From Eledone cirrhosa (taxonomy: Eukaryota), in contig OZ024744.1 of NCBI GenBank assembly GCA_964016885.1, forward strand, positions 59,210,001-59,274,000: a DNA stretch of 64,000 bases, written 5' to 3'. The notes below the pieces were generated by a model that did not search any database, was not told the DNA's origin, and saw only the letters and a program-made list of their open reading frames with translations. This document shows, piece by piece, positions 1-13,298 of the stretch. Position 1 is the stretch's first letter, and each line of letters opens with the position of its first letter. A program made the position numbers and the translations under genes.

Positions 1-28
1 GAAATGAAATTTTGTTTCATTCTATTCC

Positions 29-70
<42 letters not shown>

Positions 71-73
71 AAT

Positions 74-457
74 GGAGGCACATGGCTTAGTGGTTAGAGC
101 TTTGGCCTTGCAATCGAAAGTTTGTGAGTTCAATTCAGACCGGGTGATGTGTTGTTTCCTTGAGCAAGACACTTTATTTCACATTGCTCCAGTTTACCCA
201 GCTGTAGAAATGAGATGATAGGGACTGGGGCCCCTATCATTCCACTGCAAAGTGGTCGGGGAGGTGCCACGGCTGAAAAGCACCCAGCCCACACTGTAAA
301 GTGGTCGTGTAGGCGCCACGGAAAAAAAAGCACCCAGTACTCACTGTAAATGAGGTTGGTGTTAGGAAGGACATCCAACTGTAGAAATCAAGCCAGAATC
401 AATTCCCGTCCCACCCTTGCAAGCAGGGAAAAGTGGACGTAAAATGATGATGATGAT
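74..457 (+). mobile_element. tRNA-derived SINE (family S1) with RTE-like 3' tail
   Basis: A box TGGCTTAGTGG, B box GAGTTCAATTC, (GAT)n tail; near-identical copies at 12662-13010(-), 14110-14390(-) and 30345-30610(-). Confidence 0.85.
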
Positions 458-1199
458 ATGAATATATTTATATTAGTATACTAAAACGTAGATGAGTTAC
501 CCCCCTTTGCGTGACGTACAAAAACACGAGCATTATATAATAATTGTTTCTACTTTTGGCACAAGGCCAGCAATTATCTCAGTGCATTATTTATCGACCC
601 CATAAGGATGAAAGGCAAAGTTAACCTCGGTGGGATTTGAACTCAGACCATAAAGGACCGTACAGTGCTCAGGTGCACTACAACTATTTAGTAGATGATC
701 ATAACAGTTCGTCTGCTTGCCTTAATTTACCTTGAATGACAGAAGGCTTCATGTAAGTCATATTACACTGACAACCTCCACATGATTAAATGAATAACCT
801 ACCCAACTTCACACACATGCACATGTGTATATTTATATGAGGTAAGCAGTAGGCAGATTGTGCAGAGGAGTCTCCCTACCATCCTAAAGAAAATACTGGG
901 GACATTAACCCTCTTGATACCAACCTGGCTCAAATCTCCCTTGGTTCTATGATGAAAAATTATTATTTGTTTTATAATGTCTGTATTTAAATTTAAACTT
1001 ACTTTAATAATTCTATGTAAGAACCTTTAAGTTATATTCCAAGCACCAATAACAACAAAGTTAATTATATTATTAATTCCCTTTAAATTCTTGATTATTT
1101 AAAAAATTATTTGAAAATCATTAGAAATATGGTAATGAATTTGCAAATGACATGGTGTAACTTAACTCAAAAGAAGGTGATCTCTGGCTTACACTTGAC

Positions 1200-1870
1200 A
1201 GCATAGCTGGAATGAAAATCAGTGCAGCAAAAACTGAGGCACTCATCCTCTCAATGAAGCCTGCGCAGTGCATTCTACATGTAATTGGAGTTCCACTGAA
1301 GCAGGTAGAGAAATTTAAGTCTCTTGGGGCTGTATTCATAAGTGATGGAAGGCAGGAGGTTGAATTAAGTGCAGGATCTGGTGCAGTAATGCGCCAGCTT
1401 CAGCATTCAGAAGAAGGGAGGTAGAGGTAAAAGCCAAACTCGCTATCTTCAAATCGGTATTCATGTCAACCCTTACCTAAAGTCATAAATCTTGGGGAAT
1501 GACCAAAAAAATACGATTGTAAATACACCCGAGATTGGGTTTATCCGAAAGGTCTTTGGAATAATGTTACTCAATAGAGTGCATAGTTTGGAGAACAGAG
1601 TGTCACTCCAGCTAGAGCCACTACTTCTCCAAATAGAGAGATTACAGCTCCAATACTATAGGCATGTGGTTAGAATGTCTCAGGAAAGAATCACTGGACA
1701 GATTTTACAGGCAAAACCAGCTGGCAGGAGACTCAGGAGTAGATCTCGAGCAAGATGTTTGGGGTGACAACCAGATCAGCTGGAGACAGTTACTTCTGAC
1801 AGGACCCACTGGAAGGAGTGTTTGAGGACTCTGCCCCCACAACCCTCTCAGGAATAAGTGGGCGAAGAAG
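1200..1870 (+). mobile_element. Degenerate RTE-clade LINE 3' fragment
   Basis: Broken frames with KISAAKTE, QVEKFKSLG and HVVRMSQER...GRR; a related fragment lies at 46700-46930(-). Confidence 0.65.
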
Positions 1871-2683
1871 TTTAAATAATGTAATCCTTGACACATTATA
1901 AAAAGTAGTAAATTGGCAGAGTTGTTAGAGCATCAGATTAAATGCTTCCCAATATTTTGTATGGGTCTGCACACTGTTTTGAACTTGCAATCTGAATTCA
2001 TCTACAATGTCACTAGTGCCAGGCTGTATCAGGTTGTAGCTTTCCATAGGACAACATCAGTGGTGTGAAGGTGGGATGCTGTCATGCATGAGTGACTGTT
2101 GGTCTTCCATATAGAAGAATGGTCTGTAGAGACATATGGAATTCCCATTCAAAAAGCATAATACCCAAAGAAAGACAACAACAAAAAGATTTGATGGTCA
2201 TGGTTGGAATGCTTTTCATTACAGGTCTACTCAACCAGGGTGGCAAATTGGCAGAGTTGTTGATGCAGTGGTATTTGTTCAAAACCCGCAAAAGTCAATT
2301 TTAACTTTCATCCTTTTGGAGTTGATAAATGAAGTACCAGCCTTGCGGCAGTGGATTGGTGGAATTGTTAAAGAGTTGGACAGAATGTTATGTGGTATCA
2401 GATCTGGTTCTGTACTTTCTCAGTTCAAGCCTTCTGTTAGGAGTCGCAAACAGTGTTTCCTTGGTTTGATCTGATGTTCAACTTTTATTCTTTTTCCAAT
2501 CAGGGTTGATTTGTAGTTAAACAACATTCCAGTGTGAAAATAATAGCTTCTATCATATAAATCTGTCTAAATGTGAAGACAATAAAACCATCTCATTATA
2601 TACTAGCACAAAAAAAGATGGCTATAAAAATATGTGAATAGGATAAACAAAATAAATATCTTTTTTTAAAAAACAGAACTTGC

Positions 2684-2774
2684 CTGAGGATCACTTCGAA
2701 GGGATGCAATGCCACCACCTCCAAGACAGTTATGAAGAACAAAATTCATTGCATTTATTCCAGGTACATCATAC
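2684..2774 (-). CDS. AtuA-like exon 12 (YDVPGINAMNFVLHNCLGGGGIASLRSDPQ), GC donor
   Basis: ttttag|G...CCTCAG|gcaagt; 91 nt; PG..A.NF.L...LGGGG.ASLR.DPQ motif. The expected next exon (GK...) was not found in 1-2683. Confidence 0.92.
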
Positions 2775-3258
2775 CTAAAAATATAAACAATATTTACATG
2801 AATGTGTGTGAGTGTGAATACATACAACATAGAAAAAGAAACATAAAACCAATAACATTATATATATATGGGGGGGGGGGGGGGGGGGGTAGTGTAATTT
2901 GGTAAAAGTATTCAAAGTTGGAAGTGCACTCAACACAGATATTACACTAACTATGCTGTATATGATGCATTGTAATGGCAACATTACAAGATGTTGTCAA
3001 CAAAGACTAATGATTTAGGGCCTGATTCAGAAATATCTGAAATAGTCTGCCAAAGAAACAAGTATACTTAAAATGACAGCATTGTTAGTGTAATATATAT
3101 ATTATATATAACAAAGGAGGGGTGGTAAGGAACCAGATGGACCATCACGCACCAGAGTACTCTGCCGTCGGGGTTAAACATTTTCCTATATTATATATAT
3201 ATAAATATTTTATATATATATATATATTTTATATAGATATTATATATATATATATATA

Positions 3259-3292
<34 letters not shown>

Positions 3293-3301
3293 TTTATATA
3301 T

Positions 3302-5681
3302 ATCATCATCATCATCATCACCGTTTTAAATCCGTTCTTCCACGTTAGCATGGGTTAGACGGGTTGTCCTGTTGTGGGAGGTGTGGGGGCATAGTGTCTA
3401 TATGCTTCAGTTGTACCCATGGAAGGTCGGGTACTCTGTATTACTACGTGACACCAGAGGTCACGGTCGTGTGTCATCGCCTCTGAGAGGTGTAATTGGG
3501 TAAGGTCGGCTTTTATCACCTCATCCCAGGTCATCTTGGGTCTCCCCACTCTGCGGTTTCCATTGACTTCTAGTGCTCTGCACCTTTTTATGCAGCTGTC
3601 ATCCTTCATACGCATCACATGTCCATACCAACACAACCGCCTCTCCTGCACACAGCATTTGATTCCTCTTATGCTCAGTCTCAATTCATTTATGCTTTGT
3701 CGTTCGCATATATTACTATTACACATCCATCGGAGCATGCAGACTTCGTTTGTCTCTAATCTACGTAAGTCTTCCACCTTCAGCGCCCAGGTCTCACTAC
3801 CATGCAACATCGCTGTTCGGATACACGCATCATACAGTCTGCCTTTCATTTTGAGGGAGAAGCCTTTTGAGCTAGCAGTGGCAGTAGTTCCCTGAACTTC
3901 TTCCATCCCGTTCTTACCCTAGTTATTGTACTTTTTGAACACCCACCTCCGCTGCTAATTCGGTCACCTAGGTAGCAGAAGCTCTCTACTGTCTCTACAG
4001 AGCCCTCCCAGAGATTGGTGGTACTTGTTTCCTGTGGCTGTTTGCTGCTTGCTGTCCCAGCACAGCTGCTACATGTGAAGCCTACATTCTTAATTAAGCT
4101 TCCTGAGATCCCGCTACATCTCTTGTGTACCCATTGTTTGCATTTGGGGCAGAGAATGGAGTTCCTACCTACACCTTTCCTACATACTGAGCAAGGCCAT
4201 TTCTCTGAGAGGATCTGGGTTCTGTTTTCTCGTCTACTTACAAGGACCTTAGTCTTTGTCATGTTGACTTTGAGACCATTTCTTTCTAGTCCCTGCTTCC
4301 AAGTTTGGAATTTATTCTCTAGTTCTACCATAGATTCAGCTATAAGTGCAAGGTCATCAGCATACAGGAGTTCCGATGGGCATCCGGTCTTAAACTCCTC
4401 CGTTATTGCCTGCAGGACTATGATGAACAGGAGAGGGCTAAGAACAGAGCCCTGGTGGACACCGACCTGTACGCTAAATTCCTCGCTATACTCATTGCTA
4501 ATCCTAACTTTGCTGACTGCTCCCCTATACATGGCTTGTACAACTTTCACAAGCCATTCATCTACTCCTAGTTTTCTAAGAGCCCACCAGATTACAACAC
4601 GTGGAAATCTGTCAAAGGCTTTCTCGAGATCGACGAATGCCAGGTAGAGTGGCTTACTTTTAGCTAGGTATTTTTCCTGTAACTGCCTCACAAGGAAGAG
4701 AGCATCAGTGGTGCCTCTTCCTGGTACAAACCCAAATTGCATCTCATCTAGTTTCACCCGGTCCCTAATCAACTGTGCTATAACTCTTTCTGTTACTTTC
4801 ATGACCTGATCCATCAGCTTTATACCTCTATAGTTTCCTCTATCAAGTGCATCACCTTTACCTTTGTAGCAGTTGACGATGATGCTACTGCACCAATCTT
4901 TTGGTATGACACCTTCTAGTATTACCTGGTTAACTATACGTGTGGTTATAGTGTGACCTACAGACCCAGATGCCTTCAGCATCTCGGCAGCTATACCCGA
5001 TGGACCGGTTGCCTTCCCCATCTTCATATCTTTGATTGCCTTACTTACTATGCTGCTGCTGACTTGTACTGCTGCCCCCTCTATAGGGTCTACTTGGGGT
5101 AGGGTCTCTTCTTCCCATGCATTCTCCTCATTTAGTAATCTATCATAATGACTCTTCCATGCATCTTTCTTCTCAGCACTTGTGAGGGCAAGCTCACCTT
5201 TATCATTCCGGATACACTTCTCTCCAATGACATCACAACTATCTCTGACAGACTGCGTCGCAATCTTGAACACCTCCTGTTTCTGGTCCTCACATTGCAA
5301 AACATGCTTGAATTTTCTATCCTCTGCTTCCCTCCTAGCTAAGTATACTTGTCGCCTAGCTTCCCTTTTGGTCTCTATGTAATGTACCCTGCACCCCCCG
5401 TTCTTCCATTGTTTCCATGCCTGTCTCTTGGCTTTAACTGCCTCATCTACCTTATTGTTCCACCACCAAGTCACTCTCCTCCTGCTTGAGGTCTTACTCC
5501 AGCCACAGACCTCATCCGTCACCTCTAGTAAGTTATTTTTTAGGAACTCCCAGTGCTCTTCTACATTGAATGTCTCTATCTGTTCTTCTCTACTGTCGTA
5601 GGCGTTGAGTAAAATATCTTTAAATCTGTTACTGGCTGAGGGGTCTTTCAGCTTCCAGATCTTTCTTCTCCAGGTTGGCCT
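3302..5681 (-). mobile_element. RTE-clade LINE family A, 5'-truncated; RT (YADD), PHD-like finger and C-terminal domain, one frameshift
   Basis: ORFs 3846..5522 and 3355..3906: NYRGIKL, QFGF, FVDLEKAFD, GVHQGSVLSPLLF, LLYADDL, GSETW; (GAT)n tail near 3302-3320. Confidence 0.95.
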
Positions 5682-5817
5682 CTGTTTATATATATATATA
5701 TATTTTATATATATATTTTATATATATATATATATTTTATATATATATATATATATTTTATATATATATATATATTTTATATATATATTTTATATATATA
5801 TATATATATTTTATATA

Positions 5818-5846
<29 letters not shown>

Positions 5847-5848
<2 letters not shown>

Positions 5849-7893
5849 ACGAAGGAAATGTGGTAAGGAACCAGGTGGACCATAACGCACCAAAGCACTC
5901 AATACTTAGGGTAGTAGAGTGGGTAATAGGAACGAGTAGGACCCCGACAGCTGAGCTCAAGCCGTTCCGACGGCTAATTCTGGACTAAATAAGATCTGTG
6001 ACCTCAGCCGAATCCGTCGCACACACCTACAGCACCACACCAAACTTTGCACAAAACATGGTCTCCTCTAACAACAAAAAACTCAACCCCTATGGAAGAA
6101 ATAACCTAAATAGCAGTGGGGAGCCGACCAGGAGGTGCAACTGTCCTGATGGATCCATTTGCCCCCCTCGACAACAGATGCAGAGATCGTAATGTGATCT
6201 ACCAGTGCAACGTGAGGACGGACACCTCCAACAAAGCTTATATAGGATTAACCGCATGTGACTTCAAGACCCGGCTATACCAACACAGACATACCTTCCG
6301 AAACCCGGCCCGGCGTCACGCCACGACACTTTGGGGCCACATCTGGGACCTCAAGGATAACAATATTACCTATGATCTCACTTGGAGCTTACTGTCCAGA
6401 GCCAACTCTTACACGGGAGGACGCCGTCCGTGCAATTTATGCTCGGAGGAAACTTTACAAATGCTGTTTTCGACGGACCAACTCCTAAACAAGAAAGATG
6501 AACTGGTAACTGCATGTAAACACAGATTGCGTAGGACTTACCTCGCCCTCAAACCCCATAATGACTAATGACCCGGGGGGGGGGGGGGGGGGGGTAGACT
6601 AGGGCTATAACACCCCACTTGCCGACTTTGTAATGGGTAATCCTGCTTGCAAAGGTAGACCTAAGATCTTCTTTTATATCTTTATATCACTTCCTCTATA
6701 TTTCCTTCTTCCCCCCATCCCTCCCTTCCACCCCAGTCCTCTTTCTTTGTCGTTGTCCTTTTACTTTCTCGCCCACCCGAGGCAGCCCCTCGGTCCTTTG
6801 TCGCCTCAGTACCCCCACCCCCTTCCCCTATTCTATGATAGATTTGGCCGACACCGCTTTTTATAGCGGATGTGTTAGACCCCGGATACTTGCCTTCTTA
6901 TCCGATGGCTGCCCCTTTTCCGTGCTTTCTATATTTCTTAGTGGTATCTTTGCTTTAATTTCTCATATATCAGTATTTATTATTTTTTTTGGGGGGGGGA
7001 GGGGATTCTGAATTAATTTTCCGTATCAAATTTTACATATACTTCGTACGAGCATTTATTTAGTTTGCACTAGAATTTTTGTATCGTGGCGGCACCCTTA
7101 GAGATAGTATTAGTATTCTTTTTCGGGATTCTGAATTATTATTTCGTATTAGTTTTTTTTTTTTTTTTTTGCACTGGGTGGTTGCTGGCCTTGTGCCTGG
7201 GGTAGAAACCTTTATTTCGTACTGGTCTCGGGACTCTGAATTATTATTTCATGGTAAGATATATTCGGTTGTTTACTTATACCTCTTAAAAGGGTCTCAT
7301 TATAATTCTGTCCCACCTAGTAAACCTTTCTTTAGTCTAGCAGTACCAGTGAGAGACTTGATAGCTGTCCTTAGGTTATAGTAACCAGAAATTGTTTTTT
7401 TTTTTTTACATTTAATTGTTTTTTAACACTCTCGGTATTTCTCTATATATTTACCCCATATTGTTTTACTTATTGTTTCGACTTCCTCCCCCCTCCCCTA
7501 GTATCTTCTTTGACCTCATGCCCAGCTGTAGTTGGCACTATCAACACACCACGAATGGGTTTCCTCCACCCCCTCTCCCTCTTTCTTCTACTGGCAGGTT
7601 CAGCTACCCTTTCCCTCCACAAATTGCCATGATAGAATTATTATGTCTCAACAACAAACTTTTGACCAATCCTTGTGACAATCACTTTTACCATATATGG
7701 AATTACCCCCTGAGAAGCTCGGCTATTCAAATACCAGGATAAAAATGTTTATTTAGTCCAGAATTAGCCGTCGGAACGGCTTGAGCTCAGCTGTCAGGGT
7801 CCTACTCGTTCCTATTACCCACTCTACTACCCTAAGTATTGAGTACTTTGGTGCGTTATGGTCCACCTGGTTCCTTACCACATTTCCTTTGTT
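5847..7893 (+). mobile_element. Penelope-like element family P1: GIY-YIG 3' part and UTR bounded by ~145-bp inverted pseudo-LTR ends, between (TA)n tracts
   Basis: CNC...CP / VIYQC...AYIG...FKTRLYQH...CNLC..E...CKH; 5847-5993 is the reverse complement of 7749-7893. Confidence 0.88.
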
Positions 7894-7915
7894 ATATATA
7901 TATATATATTTTATA

Positions 7916-9909
7916 TCATCATCATCATCATCGTTTAACGTCCATATTCCATGCTAGCATGGGTTTGGAAGGGTATTTTCCCACTTGAGGCAAGAGTGGT
8001 TGTCTTGCTCGCATAGGACTGTCTGGTGGGTTTTCTACGGCTGGATGCCCTTCCTAACACTAATCACGTTTAGTGTGGACTGGAATGTTTTTACCGTGTT
8101 ACCTACACGACCACATTACAGCGTGGACTGTGTGTTTTTTTGTCATGACACCTACACGACCTCATTTGTTTCGGACTGGATGTTGTGGCACTAACATTAC
8201 TTTACATTGAAAGGAGTGGTGTGGATGGGGTGGGGGTAGTAGGACGGGGGTGTTTTTGTTAGAGGTGCCTACTGACTGTAGTAGGTTTCACTTTGTACTT
8301 AGGTAAGGCGGGTTTTCTCTATTACTGTGTAGCACCAAAGATCTCGGTCCAGTGACATTGTCTTGGAGAGGTGTAAGTGTGTGAGGTCGGAATTTATCAA
8401 GTGGTCCCAGGTTTTTCTGGGTCTGCCTACTCCGTGGCTACCATCTATTTTTATTGCCCTGCACATTTTTATACAGCTGTTGTCTTTCATGTGCATCACG
8501 TGACCATACCAACGTAGTCTTCTCTCGAGTAAACAACATCTGATCTCTCTTATTCCTAATTTTTCCCTTAGTTCGTTTATGCTTTGCCGTTCACGTATAT
8601 TACTATTACACATCCAGTGGAGCATGCAAGCTTCGTTCCTCTCCAGTCTGCATATATCCTCTGCACACAATGCTCAATCTCACTGCCATGTAGCATTGCT
8701 GTTCGTATGCAGGCGTCATACAGCCTGCCTTTCATTTTTAGAGAGAACCCTTTAGCGGCTAATAGTGGTATAAGCTCTCTGAACTTTTTCCATCCAGTTC
8801 TGACTCTAGCTACTGTACTTTCAGAGCAACCTCCACCACTGCTGATTTTGTCACCCAAAAAACGGAAGGTGTCCACTATTTCTATAGTCCATCTGTGCAA
8901 TGGAATGAGCTAGTATTCTGTGGGCACTTGCTGCTACTTATTGCACCAGAGCACCGGCCACATATAAAATCTATGTTCTTAGTTAGCTTACCTGTGATCC
9001 CACTACATCTTTTATGCACCCATACTTTGCATTTGGGACATAAAATGGAGTTTCTACCTACTTCTTTCCTACACACTGAGCATGGCCATTTCCCGGATGG
9101 GACCGGTGCCCTATTTTCCTTCCTACAAACTAGAACTTTTGTCTTAGACAGGTTAATTTTAAGGCCTTTTGATTCTAGGCAATGCTTCCATGTTTGGAAT
9201 TTCTTCTCTAGTTCGGCCATTGATTCAGCTATGAGCGTTAGATCATCTGCGTATAGGAGTTCCCATGGGCAGCCGGTCTTGAACTCCACTGTTATAGCCT
9301 GAAGGGCAATAATAAATAGTAGGGGGCTAAGAACGGAGCCCTGATGAACACCAACTTTTACACTAAACTCTTCACTATATTTGTTGTTAATTCTAACCTT
9401 GCTGACTGTTTCTTTATATATGACTTGTATAGCTCTCACAAGCCATTCATCAACACCTAGTTTTCTAAGAGCCCACCAGATAATGGAACGGGGGACTCTG
9501 TCGAAGGCTTTCTCCAAGTCGACAAAAGCTAAGTATAGGGGTTTACTTTTAGCTAGGTACTTCTCCTGTAGTTGTCGTACAATGAAAAGAGCATCTGTGG
9601 TACTTTTACCCGACACAAACCCGAACTGCATTTCATCTAGATCAATTCTCTCTCTGATTAGTTGCGCTATTACTTTTTCTGTGACCTTCATGACCTGGTC
9701 GATTAATTTAATGCCTCTATAGATACTCCTATCTAGGGCATCTCCTTTACTCTTGTAGCAGTTAATGATGATGCTGCTACGCCAGTCCTTCGGAACGACC
9801 CCATTCTGTATGACTTGGTTTACTATCCGGGTGACCATGGTATGTCCCACCGTTCCAGAAGCTTTCAGCATTTCAGCAACTATTTCCGAAGGCCCAGCCG
9901 CCTTACCCT
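7916..9909 (-). mobile_element. RTE-clade LINE family B, 5'-truncated, frameshifted
   Basis: ORFs 8882..9871, 8577..8900 and 8299..8670 with RT motifs and PHD-like finger; (GAT)n tail. Confidence 0.93.
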
Positions 9910-9980
9910 TATATTTATATATATATATATATATTATATATATATATATCTTATATTTTTATATATATATATATATTATA

Positions 9981-12458
9981 TTTTTACTCAACGCCTACGA
10001 CAGTAGAGAAGAACAGATACAGACATTCAATGTAGAAGAGAACTGGGAGTTCCTAAAAAATAACTTACTAGAGGTGACGGATGAGGTCTGTGGCTGGAGT
10101 AAGAACACAAGCAGGAGGAGAGTGATTTGGTGGTGGAACAATAAGGTAGATGAGGCAGTTAGGGCCAAGAGACAGGCATGGAAAGAATGGAAGAATGGAA
10201 GGAGCAGGGTACATTACATAGAGACCAAGAGGGAAGCTAGGCGACAAGTATACTTAGCTAGGAGGGAAGCAGAGAATAGAAAATTCAAGCATGTCTTGCA
10301 ACGTGAGCACCAAAAACAGGAGGTATTCAAGATTGCGAGGCAGTGTGTCAGAGAGAATTGTGATGTCATTGGAGAGAAGTGTATCCGGAATGATAAAGGT
10401 GAGCTTGCCCTCACAAGTGCTGAGAAGAAAGATGCATGGAAGAGTCATTATGATAGATTACTAAATGAGGAGAATGCATGGGAAGAGACTCTACCCCAAG
10501 TAGACCCTGTAGAGGGGCAAGCAGTACAAGTCAGCAGCAGCATAGTAAGTAAGGCAATCAAAGATATGAAGATGGGGAAGGCAACTGGTCCATCGGGTAT
10601 AGCTGCCGAGATTCTGAAGGCATCTGGGTCTGTAGGTCACACTATAACCACACGTATTGTTAATCAGGTAATACTAGAGGTGTCATACCAAAAGATTAGT
10701 GCAGTAGCATCCTTGTCAACTGCTACAAAGGTAAAGGTGATGCACTAGATAGAGGAAACTATAGAGGTATAAAGCTGATGGACCAGGTCATGAAAGTAAC
10801 AGAAAGAGTTATAGCACAGTTGAATAGGATCCGGGTGAAACTAGACGAGATGCCCTCTTCCTTGTGAGGCAGTTACAGGAAAAATACCTAGCTAAAAGTA
10901 AGCCACTCTACCTGGCATTCGTCGATCTCGAGAAAGCCTTTGACAGAGTTCCACGTGCTGTAATCTGATGGGCTCTTAGAAAACTAGGAGTAGATGAATG
11001 GCTTGTGAAAGCGGTACAAGCCATGTATAGGGGAGCAGTCAGCAAAGTTAGGATTAGCAATGAGTATAGCGAGGAATTTAGCGTACAGGTCGGTGTCCAC
11101 CAGGGCTCTGTTCTTAGCCCTCTCCTGTTCATCATAGTCCTGCAGGCAATAACAGAGGAGTTTAAAACCGGATGCCCATCGGAACTCCTGTATGCTGATG
11201 ACCTCGCACTTATAGCTGAATCTATGGTAGAACTAGAGAAGAAATTCCAAACTTGGAAGCAGGGACTAGAAAGAAAGGGTCTCAAAGTCAACATGACAAA
11301 GATTAAGGTCCTTGTAAGTAGACGAGAAAACAGAACCCAGATCCCCTCAGGGAAATGGCCTTGCTCAGTATGTAGGAAAGGTGTAGGTAGGAACTCCATT
11401 CTCTGCCCCAAATGCAAACAATGGGTACACAAGAGATGTAGCGGGATCTCAGGAAGCTTAATTAAGAATGTAGGCTTCACATGCAGCAACTGTGCTGGGA
11501 CAGCAAGCAGCAAACAGCCACAGGAAACAAGTACCACCAATCTCCGGGAGGGCTCTGAGAGACAGTAGACAGCTTCTGCTACCTAGGTGACCGAATTAGC
11601 AGCGGAGGTGGGTGTTCAGAAAGTACAATAACTAGGGTAAGAACGGGATGGAAGAAGTTTAGGGAACTACTACCACTGCTAGCTGCAAAAGTCTTCTCCC
11701 TCAAAATGAAAGGCAGACTGTATGATGCGTGTATCCGAACAGCGATGTTGCATGGTAGTGAGACCTGGGCGCTGAAGGTGGAAGACTTACGTAGATTAGA
11801 GACAAACGAAGCCTGCATGCTCCGATGGATGTGTAACAGTAATATACGTGAACGACAAAGCATAAAGGAATTGAGAGAGAGACTGAGCATAAGAGGAATC
11901 AAATGCTGCGTGCAGGAGAGGCGGTTGCGTTGGTATGGACATGTGATGCATATGAAGGATGACAGCTGCATAAAAAGGCACAGAGCACTAGAAGTCGATG
12001 GAAACCGCGGAGTGGGGAGACCCAAGATGACCTGGGATGAGGTGATAAAAGCCGATCTTACCCAATTACACCTCTCAAAGGCAAAGACACACGACCGTGA
12101 CCTCTGGCGTCACGCAGTAATACAGAGTACCCGACCTCCCATGGGTACAAGCTGAAGCATATAGACAATATGCCCCCACACCCTCCCACTGCAAGGTGGT
12201 CGTGGAGGTGCCATGGCAAAAAAGCACCCAGCCCACACTGTAAAGTGGACGTGTAGGCGCCACAAAAAAGCACCCAGCACTCACTGTAAATGAGGTTGGT
12301 GTTAGGAAGGGCATCCTGCTGTAGAAATCAAGCCAAATCAGTTCCTGTATGAGCAAGGCATGGTCAGCCGACCAGACACTGCCCACAACAGGACAACCTG
12401 TCTAACCCATGCTAGCGTGGAAGAACGGACGTAAAAAGGTGATGATGATGATGATGAT
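9981..12458 (+). mobile_element. RTE-clade LINE family A copy, inverted relative to 3302-5681
   Basis: ORF pieces 9765..10748 (TE-derived part), 11005..11568 and 11706..12155 nearly identical to the first copy; 3' UTR and (GAT)n tail. Confidence 0.95.
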
Positions 12459-12495
12459 TATATATTTATATATATATTTTATATATATATATATA

Positions 12496-12651
<156 letters not shown>

Positions 12652-12661
12652 CTATATATAT

Positions 12662-13010
12662 ATCATTTCATCATTTTTCATCATTTCATTTTACGTCCGC
12701 TTTTTCCCTGCTTGCAAGGGTGGGATGGGAACTCATTCTGGCTTGATTTCTACAGCTGGATGCCCTTCCTAACACCAACCTCATTTACAGTGAGTGCTGG
12801 GTGCTTTTTTGCAGTGGCACCTCCACGACCACTTTGCAGTGGAATGATAGTGACTCCAGTCCCTATCATCTCATTTCTACAGCTGAGTAAACTGGAGCAA
12901 TGTGAAATAAAGTGTCTTGCTCAAGGAAACAACACATCACCCGGTCTGAGAATTGAACTCACAACCTTTCGATTGCAAGGCCAATGCTCTAACCACTAAG
13001 CCATGTGCCT
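12662..13010 (-). mobile_element. SINE family S1, full length
   Basis: Reverse complement of 74-457. Confidence 0.85.
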
Positions 13011-13298
13011 ATAATACGATCTGAGTTCAAACCCCACCGAGGTTGACTTTGCATTTCATCCTTACGGGGTCGATAAAATAAAGTACCAGTAATGCACTGG
13101 GTATTTGCTGGCCTTGTGCCTAAAGTAGAAACAATTATATATATATTATTATTATTATATATATAATTATATATGTTATATATATATATTTTATATATAT
13201 ATATTTTATATATATATTTTATATATATATATTTTATATATATATATTTTATATATATATATTTTATATATATATATTTTATATATATATATTATATA

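Noticed and set aside
74-150. tRNA gene
   Set aside because: A/B boxes are present but there is no complete cloverleaf. It is the head of a multi-copy SINE.
1-2683. Terminal AtuA exon (GK.. motif)
   Set aside because: No matching minus-strand acceptor plus motif was found by eye; presumed to lie outside the window.
2869-2889. Poly-G runs as functional G-quadruplexes (also 6575-6594)
   Set aside because: Pure homopolymers of unreliable length; they read as poly-C on the host transcript.
4015-4647. Antisense ORFs over RTE RT regions (also 8895-9302, 10908-11540, 25236-25643)
   Set aside because: Shadow frames of the LINE coding sequence, with no independent motifs.
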